Assembly (NCBI GenBank): GCA_039588275.1
Contig: JBDHAC010000007.1
Coordinates: 18,413 to 82,412 of the forward strand
DNA length: 64,000 nucleotides
Direction of reading: 5' to 3'
Source: Gemmatimonadota bacterium
GTDB taxonomy: Bacteria; Gemmatimonadota; Gemmatimonadetes; Palauibacterales; Palauibacteraceae
Made by a program: the position numbers and the translations under genes. Under the pieces are notes generated by a model that worked only from the letters and a program-made list of their open reading frames with translations, had not been told where the DNA came from and did not search any database. Positions 19,590 through 28,888 of the stretch are shown here, one piece after another; the stretch's first letter is position 1; each line of letters starts with the position of its first letter.

Positions 19590-19864
19590 AGCAGGCCGCT
19601 GCAGGACGTGAGTACGTCGCGCGCATGGGTCTTGTGAGTCGAAGACAAGGAACGAGGAGGAAGGCGATGCTCGAGCATCGTCGACGACGAGTGACGCCGT
19701 ATTCGGCCACAACCCCATGCGCCCTGCGGGTTACGGCGGCGTGGGGGCATCTCCTGTGTTGTCGCTCCTCCCCGATGGCTCACGACATCGCGTCGTCGCG
19801 CCGCCTTGGATCTGCCCCCACGGCGCTCGTAACGCGATCCCCTCACGTCCTGCAGCGGCCTGCT
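19590..19864. mobile_element. MITE-like non-autonomous element with 23-bp perfect terminal inverted repeats
   Basis: AGCAGGCCGCTGCAGGACGTGAG (19590-19612) and its exact reverse complement (19842-19864); no transposase; strongly base-paired interior. Confidence 0.7.
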
Positions 19865-19904
19865 TAGGCCGTTGACGACCGCGACACTCTTACCTGCCAG
19901 ACGC

Positions 19905-20906
19905 ATGTACGGTCTCGAGCTCTCGCGCGCGGCATTCGCTGCGGTCGCCGTCGGCCTGGGGCTCGCGTGCGCCGCGTGCGGTGACCCGCCCCCGATTCCC
20001 GAGGCCAGCGACACACCCGAGCTGACCGCCGCGAGCGCCGGCGCCCCCGCCGCCGCCCGCTACCTGACCACCTACGCGTTCACCTCCGCCGGGGGCGATG
20101 AGGCGCTCTATTCGACGTTCCGCAACGAGACAGGTGGGTCCCGGCTCGTCCGCAACTACGCCGCCTGGCTGTCGCGGGAAGGATCGTGGACGCGGGTGCT
20201 CGGGGTGCAGGATTCGCTCCCCGTGCCCCGAGCAGGGTGGCGGCTTCTCCCCACCGACGCGCTCGGGATTCTGGTAGGGGACGGCGCACAGGTCGTGGGT
20301 CTACGCTTCCGGCGCGGCGAGACGGACGTACATCTGCGATTGGGGGACGAGATCGCGGCGTGGACCGGCGCCACGGGCCAGGTGCAGGCCCTTTATCTAG
20401 CAGGCCTCGAAACGGGAGAGGACCTGAGCGCGGGTTTCGTGTTCTTCCACAGAGCCGCGAGATCGCTCGACTCACCACCTGAGCCGACAGCGGACCGGGT
20501 ATTTCTGCTCGCGGACACGCTCGGCAACGCACTCCTGATCGAAGCATCGGTCCAGCCCGACGAGCCAGCGGTGGCTCGCACGTGGCTGCACGGGACCCCG
20601 GGAAGCTGGTCGGATGTAACGCTCGTGCCCACGTACTCGGACTCGAGCGAGGCGACCCCGGCCCAAGCCTCCGGCGACCCCGCCGCTCCCACGGATTCCG
20701 CGGATTCCGCGCGCGGGCCCACGGGCTGGCTGTTCGTCATCCCGCAGGCGGACCTGAGCGGCGAGCTGCGGATCACGCCGGAGGAGGACATGCCGGGACC
20801 CGCTTCACCGACGGCGCGCCGCGCCATCCGCATCTCCGGTGAGCTGGTCGCTGACGGGGAGTCGTTTCGCTTCCAGGGTCTGACCGTGGAGCTCCCCCTC
20901 CCGTGA
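19905..20906 (+). CDS. Hypothetical lipoprotein
   Basis: Hydrophobic signal ending LACAAC; stop overlaps the next gene's start. Confidence 0.75.
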   Translation: MYGLELSRAAFAAVAVGLGLACAACGDPPPIPEASDTPELTAASAGAPAAARYLTTYAFTSAGGDEALYSTFRNETGGSRLVRNYAAWLSREGSWTRVLGVQDSLPVPRAGWRLLPTDALGILVGDGAQVVGLRFRRGETDVHLRLGDEIAAWTGATGQVQALYLAGLETGEDLSAGFVFFHRAARSLDSPPEPTADRVFLLADTLGNALLIEASVQPDEPAVARTWLHGTPGSWSDVTLVPTYSDSSEATPAQASGDPAAPTDSADSARGPTGWLFVIPQADLSGELRITPEEDMPGPASPTARRAIRISGELVADGESFRFQGLTVELPLP

Positions 20907-22480
20907 TGGCGTTCTCGGTCGACTGGCTTCGCGCGGCACTCACGATCTTCTTCGGCGCTCTGGCTGGAGGCGTCACGAACCGAATCGCGGTGTGGATGCT
21001 GTTCCACCCGTACGAGCCGCCGAGCGTGGCGGGCCGGCGAGTGCGCTGGCTCCAGGGTGCCGTCCCCAAGAACCAGAAGCGGCTCGCCAGCTCGATCGGC
21101 CGAGTGGTCGGCGGGCAGTTGCTCACCTCCGAGGACATTGCCGCGGAGCTGCGGGACGAGGAGCTGAGGGACGCCTTTCAGACCCGGTTGCGGGAGCTGA
21201 TCGTCGCCCTCGTAGAGGGCGATCAGCCCGCCCTCGCGGACCTGCTCCCCCCGTCCGCCCTCGAGGAGCTGCGGGCGCTCGCCGAGCACGTGCTGGACGA
21301 GGGTCGCGAGCAGATTCAGAAGGCGGTGGAATCACCGGAGTTTCAGACCGAGGCGGAGCGCCTCCTGGACCACGTTCGACAAACGCTCAGCGATGAGCCG
21401 CTGTCGACGGCCCTCGACGAGGAGCGGCTCGACGCGGTACGCGACAGCCTGGACGAGTGGCTGGCGCGGTTGGCGAATTCGGAGGCGTTCGAGCAGACGG
21501 TCAACCGCCACCTGGAGGGGGCGGCGAATCACGTCCTGGCCCCCGGCCGGACGCTCGAGGAGCTGATTCCGCAGGGCCTGGTCGCCGCCGTCGAGCACGC
21601 GATCAACGATTACCTCCCCCTCGCGATGGAGCGGCTAGGGCGGCTGCTCGAGGATCCCGAGGCACGCCACCGCGTGGAGCGCCTCATCCACGACCTGCTC
21701 GACCGGTTCATGCGAGACCTCCGCTTTCACCAGCGTGTGGTGGCCAAGCTGATCATCACCGAAGAGACCGTGACGAAGGTCCTCGAAACGCTGGAGGCGG
21801 AGGGCGCGGACCGGCTCGGCGACCTGCTCAAGGAGGAAGAGGTGCAGGGGGCGATGGCCCGCAACGTGAACGAGGCCATCTCGGAGTTCCTCCGCCGCCC
21901 CACCACCAGCGTGCTGGGTGAGGTCGACGCTCCGCAGGTGCTGAGCGCGCTCGCCGCCATCCAGGGCTGGATCCTCCAGAGCGCCCGAGACGAGAAGGCG
22001 CGCAGGTTCTTCCTCGAGCAGCTCGAGGATGCGGTAGCCCGCCTGGGTGAGCGCAGCTGGGCGGATCTGCTGCGTCTGGTGCCGGCGTCGCGGATCGGTC
22101 CGTGGCTCGCGGCGGGGTTGCGATCGGAGCCCGGCCAGGAGGTGTTCGACTCGATCACCGCGACGCTGGTCGAACGTTTGCTTCACCGACCAATCGGACG
22201 CCTGAACCGGTTTCTGCGCGAAGATGCCGCGGTGCGGCTTTCGGACAGCCTCGCTCCTCCCGCGTGGGAGTGGGTGACGGGCCAGGTCCCGGAGGTCGCC
22301 GAGCGAATCCGCATCGCCGAACGCATCGAGGAGAAGATCGAGGGCTTCCCACTGGTGGAGGTGGAACGCCTCGTGCGCGAGATCAGTCAGCGCGAGCTGG
22401 ATCTCATCATTCGCCTCGGGTACATCCTCGGGGCGTTCATCGGGACGATTCTGGTCATCATCACGACTATTCTGGGTTGA
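20903..22480 (+). CDS. DUF445-family membrane protein
   Basis: GGVTNRIAVWMLFHP...GAVPK at the N-terminus; RELDLIIRLGYILGAFIG at the C-terminus. Confidence 0.88.
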   Translation: MMAFSVDWLRAALTIFFGALAGGVTNRIAVWMLFHPYEPPSVAGRRVRWLQGAVPKNQKRLASSIGRVVGGQLLTSEDIAAELRDEELRDAFQTRLRELIVALVEGDQPALADLLPPSALEELRALAEHVLDEGREQIQKAVESPEFQTEAERLLDHVRQTLSDEPLSTALDEERLDAVRDSLDEWLARLANSEAFEQTVNRHLEGAANHVLAPGRTLEELIPQGLVAAVEHAINDYLPLAMERLGRLLEDPEARHRVERLIHDLLDRFMRDLRFHQRVVAKLIITEETVTKVLETLEAEGADRLGDLLKEEEVQGAMARNVNEAISEFLRRPTTSVLGEVDAPQVLSALAAIQGWILQSARDEKARRFFLEQLEDAVARLGERSWADLLRLVPASRIGPWLAAGLRSEPGQEVFDSITATLVERLLHRPIGRLNRFLREDAAVRLSDSLAPPAWEWVTGQVPEVAERIRIAERIEEKIEGFPLVEVERLVREISQRELDLIIRLGYILGAFIGTILVIITTILG

Positions 22481-22483
22481 GTC

Positions 22484-23170
22484 ATGCGATCGATACATAC
22501 CGCGCGGGCCGGAGCGTCGGCCAGGCTCTCGGCTGGGCTGTCGGCCGGGCTCGGCGCCGCCGTGCGCCTCGCGAGCTCCGTGTTGATCGGAACGCTCTTG
22601 CTGACCGCGTGTGGCGAGCGGAGCGGGAGCGCACGGATCGATTCTGAATTCCGAGGCTCCGCGCTGCCCGAGCCGTTTCCCGCGCCGGACTTCACGCTGC
22701 TCGATACGGACGGGGCCGAGTTCCGCTTCCGCGAGGAGACGGCCGGTTACCTGACGATGTTGTTCTTTGGGTATACACACTGTCCCGACATCTGTCCGGT
22801 ACATATGGCGAACCTCGCGGCGGTGCTCGGCGACCTCCTGTACGAGCAGCGGAGCCGGGTGAAGGTCGTGTTCGTCACCACCGACCCCGAGCGCGACACG
22901 CCGGCGGTCGTGCGCGAATGGCTGGATCGTTTCGACCGGAGCTTCATCGGGCTGATCGGAGATCTCGAATCGGTGAACGAGATTCAGGCGAGCTTCCGAC
23001 TGCCGCCGGCCGTGCGTCAGGAGATGCAGAGCGGTGAGCACCTCGTTGGACACGCCTCGCAGGTGGTCGCGATCACGAGCGACGGTCTCGTCCGCGTCTT
23101 CTACCCCTCGGGAGTCCGGCAAGCCGACTGGGCCGAGGACCTACCCCGTCTTCTCGAAGTCGGCCGCTGA
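22484..23170 (+). CDS. SCO1/SenC-family copper chaperone
   Basis: FFGYTHCPDICP, TTDPERDTP, conserved His in VGHAS; LTAC lipobox. Confidence 0.93.
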   Translation: MRSIHTARAGASARLSAGLSAGLGAAVRLASSVLIGTLLLTACGERSGSARIDSEFRGSALPEPFPAPDFTLLDTDGAEFRFREETAGYLTMLFFGYTHCPDICPVHMANLAAVLGDLLYEQRSRVKVVFVTTDPERDTPAVVREWLDRFDRSFIGLIGDLESVNEIQASFRLPPAVRQEMQSGEHLVGHASQVVAITSDGLVRVFYPSGVRQADWAEDLPRLLEVGR

Positions 23171-23176
23171 GCGCAG

Positions 23177-23965
23177 ATGAACTGGTGGTGCGCCGCACAG
23201 GGGGTCCCCTGGGCGTGGACGTGGCGACCGTATCCCGGCGTATGGCTGTTCATCGCCCTGGTGGCCGTCCTCCACTGGACCGTGGGCGGCGGGCGATCCG
23301 TCGAGGCCCGCCGGCGACCCTGGTTCTGGGTCGGGCTCGCGCTTCTGTGGGTCTCGTTGGACTGGCCGCTGGGCGCGTTGGGAGCGGGCTATCTGGCGTC
23401 GATCCACATGGTTCAGTTCGTGCTCATCGCCCTCATCGTGCCACCGCTCCTGTTGAGCGGGGTTCCGCGTGAGACGTTCGAGCGTCTGGACGCCAGCCCG
23501 GCTGGGCGAGGTGTGATTCGCCCCCTGACGCACCCCCTGGTGGCGCTCCTCCTGTTCGCGCTCGTGGTCGTGGTGACGCACTGGCCCGCGGTCGTCGACG
23601 GGCTGATGGCCACGCAGCTCGGATCGTTCGCTCTCGATATGGCCTGGCTGGGCGCGGCGATGCTGTTCTGGTGGCCGGTCGTCGTGCCCGTGCCCGCGCG
23701 TCCCCGATTCACGTATCCCGCCAAGGTGGCGTACCTGATCCTCACCACCGTCGTGATGACGGCGCCCTACATCTTCCTGACGTTTGCGGAGCTGCCCTTC
23801 TACGCCACGTACGAGCTCGCGCCACCGGTTGGCGGACTCAGCGCGCGGGTGGATCAGCGCATCGCGGGTCTGGTGATGCGAATCGGAGGAGGGGCGGTGC
23901 TTTGGACCGCGGCGGGCATCGTCTTCTACCGGTGGTATCGGAGCGAGAACGCCCCGGTCGGCTAG
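23177..23965 (+). CDS. ctaG: Cytochrome c oxidase assembly factor, caa3 CtaG type
   Basis: YLASIHMVQFVLIALIVPPLLL, DQRIAGLVM; multi-TM; follows SCO. Confidence 0.85.
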   Translation: MNWWCAAQGVPWAWTWRPYPGVWLFIALVAVLHWTVGGGRSVEARRRPWFWVGLALLWVSLDWPLGALGAGYLASIHMVQFVLIALIVPPLLLSGVPRETFERLDASPAGRGVIRPLTHPLVALLLFALVVVVTHWPAVVDGLMATQLGSFALDMAWLGAAMLFWWPVVVPVPARPRFTYPAKVAYLILTTVVMTAPYIFLTFAELPFYATYELAPPVGGLSARVDQRIAGLVMRIGGGAVLWTAAGIVFYRWYRSENAPVG

Positions 23966-24303
23966 GCGGTTTCCCCCACGATCCACGCCAGGTAGGCGTT
24001 CGAGCCACCGACGACGGGCAGCGCGATCACTTCCGGAACATCGTAGGGGTGCAACTCGACGATACGGCGCTCGAGCGGGTCGAGGCGCTCGGCGGTAGTC
24101 TTGAAGATGGCCAGGGCCTCGCCCTCATCCTCGATCGCGCCTTCCCACCGGTAAATGGAGCGAACGCCGTCCAACAGGTTCACGCACGCGGCGAGCTTCT
24201 CATCGACGATGGTGCGGCCCAAGCGGGCCAGCGATTCGATGTCCGGGCCGGTCACCAGCACCACGACGACGTTCGCGCTCGAGCCTCGAACCCCGTCGCT
24301 CAC
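23962..24303 (-). CDS. cutA: Divalent-cation tolerance protein
   Basis: LAACVN, SIYRWEG, LHPYDVPEVIALP. Confidence 0.95.
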   Translation of the reverse strand: MSDGVRGSSANVVVVLVTGPDIESLARLGRTIVDEKLAACVNLLDGVRSIYRWEGAIEDEGEALAIFKTTAERLDPLERRIVELHPYDVPEVIALPVVGGSNAYLAWIVGETA

Positions 24304-26213
24304 CCCCCGAGCTCCTCGCGCTCGTCGGCGTCGGCCGCTTCCTGGTCGCGTTCCGCGGCCTCGTACAGCTCGTCGATCTCGTTCGCGTAACGCTTCACGA
24401 CCACGCGCCGCTTCACCTTCAGGGTGGGCGTCAGCTCCCCTCCCTCGACCGTGAACTCGTCGGCTACGGGCAGGATGCGCCTGGGCCGCTCGTAACGGGC
24501 GAAGTCCGAGCAGCGGGAGAGAACGGATCGTTCCAGCTCGTCCCGCAGCCGTGGCTCGCGCAGAAGCGCCTCAGCGGTCTCGGCCGAGATCCCCAGCTCG
24601 AGCGCGCGGGCCTGAAGGAGCTCGAGGTTCGGAACGATGAGGGCGACCGGGAACTTCCTGCGATCGCCGAGCATCACGGCCTCGATCACCAGGGGATCGG
24701 TCTTCATGGCCCGCTCGAGGGGCTGGGGTGCGATGTTCTTCCCGTACGCCGTGACGATCAGCTCTTTCTTGCGGTCGGTGATCCGCAGGTAGCCGTCCGC
24801 ATCCAGCTCGCCGATGTCTCCCGTGTGAAACCACCCGTCCTCGTCGATGACCTGACGGGTGGCCTCCGGATCGTTGTAGTACCCCAGCATGATCTGGGGG
24901 CCGCGCGCCAGGATCTCGCCGTCGCCGGCGATTCGAATCTCCGTGCCGGGCAACGGGCGTCCCACCGTTCCGAGGCGTACGGCGTCGACGGGATTGAACG
25001 TGAGGATGGGCGAGGTCTCGGTGAGTCCGTATCCCTCGAAGATCGGGAGGCCGGCCGCGAAGAAGAATTGGGCGATCTCGCGTGACAGCGGCGCACCTCC
25101 GCTGAGGAAGTAGCGGATACGGCCGCCCGTCCGCGCGCGCAGCTTGCTGAACACCAGCCGGTCCGCCAGCGTGCCCCGGAGCGTCAGCCAGACCCCGGCT
25201 CGGCCGCCCTCGAGCCGGCGGGTGGCGCGTTCCTCCCCCACCCGCCTGGCCCACGAGAAGATGGCGGCCTTCAACGCCCCTCCCTCACGCGCCGTCTCTT
25301 CAACGCGCTCGAGCACCTTCTCGTACACCCTCGGCACCGCGGCCATCACCGTCGGACGCACCTCGCCCAGGTCCCGCGCTACGGTCAGCGTCGATTCGGC
25401 GTACGCAACGGTGACCCCGGCCAGCCACATGATGTATTGGCCGACCACGCGCTCGAAGATGTGGGCCAGCGGAAGGAGTGAGAGCGCGATGTCGTCGGTC
25501 GCGATCGGAAAGACCTCGGTGGCGAGCTTCGCGTTGCTCTGCACGTTGAAGTGGCTGAGCATCACCCCCTTGGGCGACCCGGTCGTTCCGGACGTGTAGA
25601 TGAGCGTCGCGAGATCTTCGGGCTGCGTCTGGAGCGCGTACGATTCGTAACTCTCCCCCAGCGTCGTCTCCGCCCGTGCACCGCGCTCGAGCAGATCGTC
25701 CAGGGATATGGTGGACAAGCGGCGCGACAGGGTCTCGCGAGAGGTCCTGTCGTCCTCCGGGACCGTAACGGGATCGAAAACGACCAGCATCTCGAGCTCG
25801 GGCAGCTCGTCGAGGACCTCGAGCACCTTGTCGAGCTGTTCCTGGTCGGAAACGAAGAGGGCGCGGGCCCCCGCGTTTTCCAGCACGTAGTGGACCTGGT
25901 CGGAGGGGAGGACGGGGTACACCGGTACGCTTACGAGGCGCGCCATCACGAGCGCGAAGTCGGTCAGCGTCCATTCGAGCCGGGTGTGGGAGAGGATTCC
26001 GACCCGGTCGCCGGGCACGAGACCGAGGTCGCGCAGCGCGAGCGCGAGCCGCCGGATACGCCCGGCCACGTCGTCCGTCGACAGGCTCTCCCATCTGCCA
26101 TCGGGTAGCCGACGTCGGAGCGCGTCGGCTTTCCCCACACCTGCCCCATCGAGGAACAGCTCCGCCAGGGTCCCGGGTTCCATCGTCATCGAGGCGCCGG
26201 AGGCCTGAGTCAT
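24300..26213 (-). CDS. Long-chain fatty-acid--CoA ligase (FACL-like)
   Basis: YTSGTTGSPKG, EGYGLTETSP, FHTGDIG, ITDRKKE, LTPTLKVKR. Confidence 0.93.
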   Translation of the reverse strand: MTQASGASMTMEPGTLAELFLDGAGVGKADALRRRLPDGRWESLSTDDVAGRIRRLALALRDLGLVPGDRVGILSHTRLEWTLTDFALVMARLVSVPVYPVLPSDQVHYVLENAGARALFVSDQEQLDKVLEVLDELPELEMLVVFDPVTVPEDDRTSRETLSRRLSTISLDDLLERGARAETTLGESYESYALQTQPEDLATLIYTSGTTGSPKGVMLSHFNVQSNAKLATEVFPIATDDIALSLLPLAHIFERVVGQYIMWLAGVTVAYAESTLTVARDLGEVRPTVMAAVPRVYEKVLERVEETAREGGALKAAIFSWARRVGEERATRRLEGGRAGVWLTLRGTLADRLVFSKLRARTGGRIRYFLSGGAPLSREIAQFFFAAGLPIFEGYGLTETSPILTFNPVDAVRLGTVGRPLPGTEIRIAGDGEILARGPQIMLGYYNDPEATRQVIDEDGWFHTGDIGELDADGYLRITDRKKELIVTAYGKNIAPQPLERAMKTDPLVIEAVMLGDRRKFPVALIVPNLELLQARALELGISAETAEALLREPRLRDELERSVLSRCSDFARYERPRRILPVADEFTVEGGELTPTLKVKRRVVVKRYANEIDELYEAAERDQEAADADEREELGG

Positions 26214-26223
26214 TCGGGCAGTA

Positions 26224-26820
26224 TCAGATCTCGGGTTTGGCGTCTGCGCCGGGCGCGTCTGCGTCGGGCGCGTCCGCGGCTGAGGCGTCGGCGTCGGGCT
26301 CGTCCGCGGCGGGCGCGTCTGCGTCTACCTCGTCCTTGGGAGGCGCGTCGGCGTCTGCCTCGGCTACCCCGAGATCATCTGTACCTCGCTCTTCGGAGGC
26401 GGACGGCGCGTGGCCCGTCACACGCCCCAGCGTTCTCCGCGCGTGAGTGATCTGCCGCGCGTCGTCTCTTCCGGGCTTGGCCCGTCGGAGAAACGCCTCG
26501 AGGTGGACCACGGCGGCTTCTACGTGCCCGGCCTTGAGCAGCAGGAACGCGAGACCGTAATGCGCAGAAGTGCTGGTGGGGCGAAGCTCGAGCGCCCGTT
26601 GATACGACTTGATCGCGTTATCGGCTAGCCCGATATGGGTGTACGCAACGGCCATCTGCTCGAGCGTGGCCGCGTCGTCGGGGCGCTGTCTCAGGGCCAG
26701 CCGGAAGGAGGTGAGCGCATCGTGGTGAAGCTCCTGGCGTAGCAAGGCGACACCCTCTTCATAGTAATCCGGAGCGCGTCTCCCGCTGGAATCGCGTTCC
26801 CAGAACTTCCACCAGACCAT
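26224..26820 (-). CDS. TPR protein with acidic Ala/Asp/Pro repeat tail
   Basis: About three TPR motifs; tail DADAPPKDEV-DADAPAADEP-DADASAADAP-DADAP. Confidence 0.85.
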   Translation of the reverse strand: MVWWKFWERDSSGRRAPDYYEEGVALLRQELHHDALTSFRLALRQRPDDAATLEQMAVAYTHIGLADNAIKSYQRALELRPTSTSAHYGLAFLLLKAGHVEAAVVHLEAFLRRAKPGRDDARQITHARRTLGRVTGHAPSASEERGTDDLGVAEADADAPPKDEVDADAPAADEPDADASAADAPDADAPGADAKPEI

Positions 26821-26836
26821 GGCTACCGTTTCTCGT

Positions 26837-27106
26837 TCACGCGAGCGGCGGCGGCTCGGGCGGTGACGCCGCCAGGTTATGCACGAAGGCGAATACTGCT
26901 CCGCCGAAGAATCCGTAAATGTACGCCCACATCGCTCCGATGAACGCGCCCGCCGGGCTCACCGAGTACCCGAACAACACGCTCCTGAGGAGCGGCGGCG
27001 TAGCGACTTCACCGACGCCGAGGAGCATCGCGAGCGTACCGATGAACACTGCCCCGGCGGCCACCGCGCCGCCGGCGATTCCAAACGCTCTCGTGTTCAG
27101 TCGCAT
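26837..27106 (-). CDS. Small two-TM membrane protein (resembles the family annotated as holin-like)
   Basis: MRLNTRAFG...GYSVSPAGAFIG...FAFVHN pattern; GAGG RBS. Confidence 0.65.
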   Translation of the reverse strand: MRLNTRAFGIAGGAVAAGAVFIGTLAMLLGVGEVATPPLLRSVLFGYSVSPAGAFIGAMWAYIYGFFGGAVFAFVHNLAASPPEPPPLA

Positions 27107-27228
27107 ACCTCGATCGGGGGTGGCCGGAATCCCGGCGGAATCGGCGCGAAAACGGCCGAACCGAAGTTAGACGGGGCATCGAGGCCGGGCAATCGACCTC
27201 GGAAGGGCGCTGAAGGGTGCGAGGCCCG

Positions 27229-27912
27229 CTACAGACGCGTGGCGACGAGCGCGAGGGCCTCGGCCGCGTGGACCTCGAAGCCCCCCTCCCGTATGGCTTC
27301 GAGCACGTCCTCCGCCGGGTCGAACACGGCCAGGCGGCCACCGGGTGCCAGGACGCGCTCGGCTTCGGCGAGGCGCTCCGCCGATCCGCCGAGGAGCGCG
27401 ATGCCGTGCAGCGCACGCGGCCGGAAAGGCCACGGGAGGCCGGACGCGCCGGCCATCGGTGTCACGCCGGCGAGGGGCTCGTGCGGTCGGGGCCGGGAGT
27501 CGCCTGGCGAATCCGCCGGCAGAAAGGACTCCGGCGCCAGAAACAGGATCTCGAGCCGTTCTCCCCAGCCCGCCACGGGCTCCGCGCACGCGGCCAGTCC
27601 CTCGTCGAGGAGCAACCGCGCGCCGGCGCGTTCCTGGACCCCCAGAAGCGCTGCCACCTGCATCGCACGCTCGGGTGGACACGGGTGGGCGGAGGTCGCG
27701 GCGGATGCGGAGGGGCCCGGCTCGGCGGAATCGCTCGCTTCGCGGCGGAGATCGATGGCACCCCCGACGATGGGGTACTCCACCCCACACTGCGGGCACC
27801 CGAGGTGACCCTCGACTACGCGCCGGTCCTGCAGGTCGCCGACGAAGGCAACCAAACCCAGGGCGGCCTGGCAATCGGGACAGTCGAGCGCTTCGGCTAG
27901 CTCGATGAACAC
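27229..27912 (-). CDS. Trm112-like Zn-ribbon fused to a degenerate class I methyltransferase-like domain
   Basis: LDCPDC...EGHLGCPQCGVEYPI at the N-terminus; EAERVLAPGGRLAVFD at the C-terminus. Confidence 0.7.
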   Translation of the reverse strand: MFIELAEALDCPDCQAALGLVAFVGDLQDRRVVEGHLGCPQCGVEYPIVGGAIDLRREASDSAEPGPSASAATSAHPCPPERAMQVAALLGVQERAGARLLLDEGLAACAEPVAGWGERLEILFLAPESFLPADSPGDSRPRPHEPLAGVTPMAGASGLPWPFRPRALHGIALLGGSAERLAEAERVLAPGGRLAVFDPAEDVLEAIREGGFEVHAAEALALVATRL

Positions 27913-27932
27913 GCGCCTCGCTCGAGGCTGGG

Positions 27933-28514
27933 CTAGGAGATGAACTGCGGAGAGAGCACGAGCTGCATGAACTCCTCGCGCGTGCGTGGATCACTGCGGA
28001 ACAGCCCGCGGACCGCGCTCGTGATGGTCTTGCTGTTCTGCTTCTGGACGCCGCGCATCATCATGCACAGGTGGTAGGCTTCGACGACGACGCCCACACC
28101 CTGTGGCTGGAGCACATCCTCGAGCGCCTGCGCGATCTCCTCCGTGAGGCGTTCCTGCACCTGCAGCCGGCGCGCGAACACTTCCACGACCCGCGGCAGC
28201 TTGCTGAGCCCGACGATCTTCCCATCCGGGATATATGCGACGTGCGCCTTTCCGAAGAAGGGAAGCATGTGGTGCTCGCACAGCGAGTACAGCTCGATGT
28301 CCTTGACGATCACCATGCTGTCGTGCGCCTCGTCGTACACGGCGTCGCCGATCGCATCCTCCACCGACAGCCCGTAGCCGCGCGTGAGAAAGCCGAGCGA
28401 GCGGGAGACTCGCCCCGGCGTTTCGCGCAACCCTGCCCGGTTCGGGTCCTCGCCCAGGGCTTCGAGCTGCGCGCGCACGAGCTCCTCGAAAGGGACGTCC
28501 CGTTCTTCACTCAC
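27933..28514 (-). CDS. folE: GTP cyclohydrolase I
   Basis: [39 protein letters not shown]. Confidence 0.97.
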   Translation of the reverse strand: MSEERDVPFEELVRAQLEALGEDPNRAGLRETPGRVSRSLGFLTRGYGLSVEDAIGDAVYDEAHDSMVIVKDIELYSLCEHHMLPFFGKAHVAYIPDGKIVGLSKLPRVVEVFARRLQVQERLTEEIAQALEDVLQPQGVGVVVEAYHLCMMMRGVQKQNSKTITSAVRGLFRSDPRTREEFMQLVLSPQFIS

Positions 28515-28583
28515 CTCGATACTCCGCCATGTGGCGTGCCGCGTCGTGCGACTTCACCGACGCCGACTTGCCCACGTCCAGAG

Positions 28584-28616
28584 AAAAAAAAGGGGCGACC
28601 CTCTCGGGTCACCCCT
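28584..28616 (-). terminator. Intrinsic terminator downstream of the 6S-like RNA
   Basis: Minus strand AGGGGTGACCC-GAGA-GGGTCGCCCCT followed by a T-run (A8 at 28584-28591 on +). Confidence 0.9.
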
Positions 28617-28622
28617 ATGATT

Positions 28623-28787
28623 GAGACAGATGCGAGGGGTTTTTTGAAGCCCTTTTCCTAATAATCCCTAAGGAATTCGCCCCTCCTCCCCGTCGTACGC
28701 CGTCCCACTCGGGGCCTGACGCCGGCCGGAAGATCGGGAGCGTTATGGCGTCTGTTGGTTCAAAAATACGCCTCACATCCGCTGCTC
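28623..28787 (-). ncRNA. ssrS: 6S RNA (candidate)
   Basis: Rod fold read by eye: GCGGATGTGAGG/CCTCGCATCTGT closing stem, TTTTTGAA/TTCAAAAA inner stem with TTGAACC, A-rich central bubble with 3' hairpin, long terminal stem; flanked by promoter and terminator. Confidence 0.78.
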
Positions 28788-28790
28788 TGA

Positions 28791-28819
28791 ACCTTACGCA
28801 GGGGGGCTGCCGCCGTCAA
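28791..28819 (-). promoter_or_regulatory. Sigma70-type promoter of the 6S-like RNA
   Basis: TTGACG (28819-28814), 17-nt spacer, TAAGGT (28796-28791). Confidence 0.75.
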
Positions 28820-28888
28820 TCCTCGCGCCATCCGGACCCGTCCGCGGACCACGCACATCGACCCCGGAGGTCGAACCCGGTGGCCGAC

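Noticed and set aside
19625..19867. 80-aa ORF inside the inverted-repeat element
   Set aside because: No protein-like features; the sequence is explained by base-pairing constraints.
28623..28787. THF, preQ1 or ZTP riboswitch upstream of folE
   Set aside because: No recognisable aptamer consensus; end-to-end rod pairing fits 6S RNA better.
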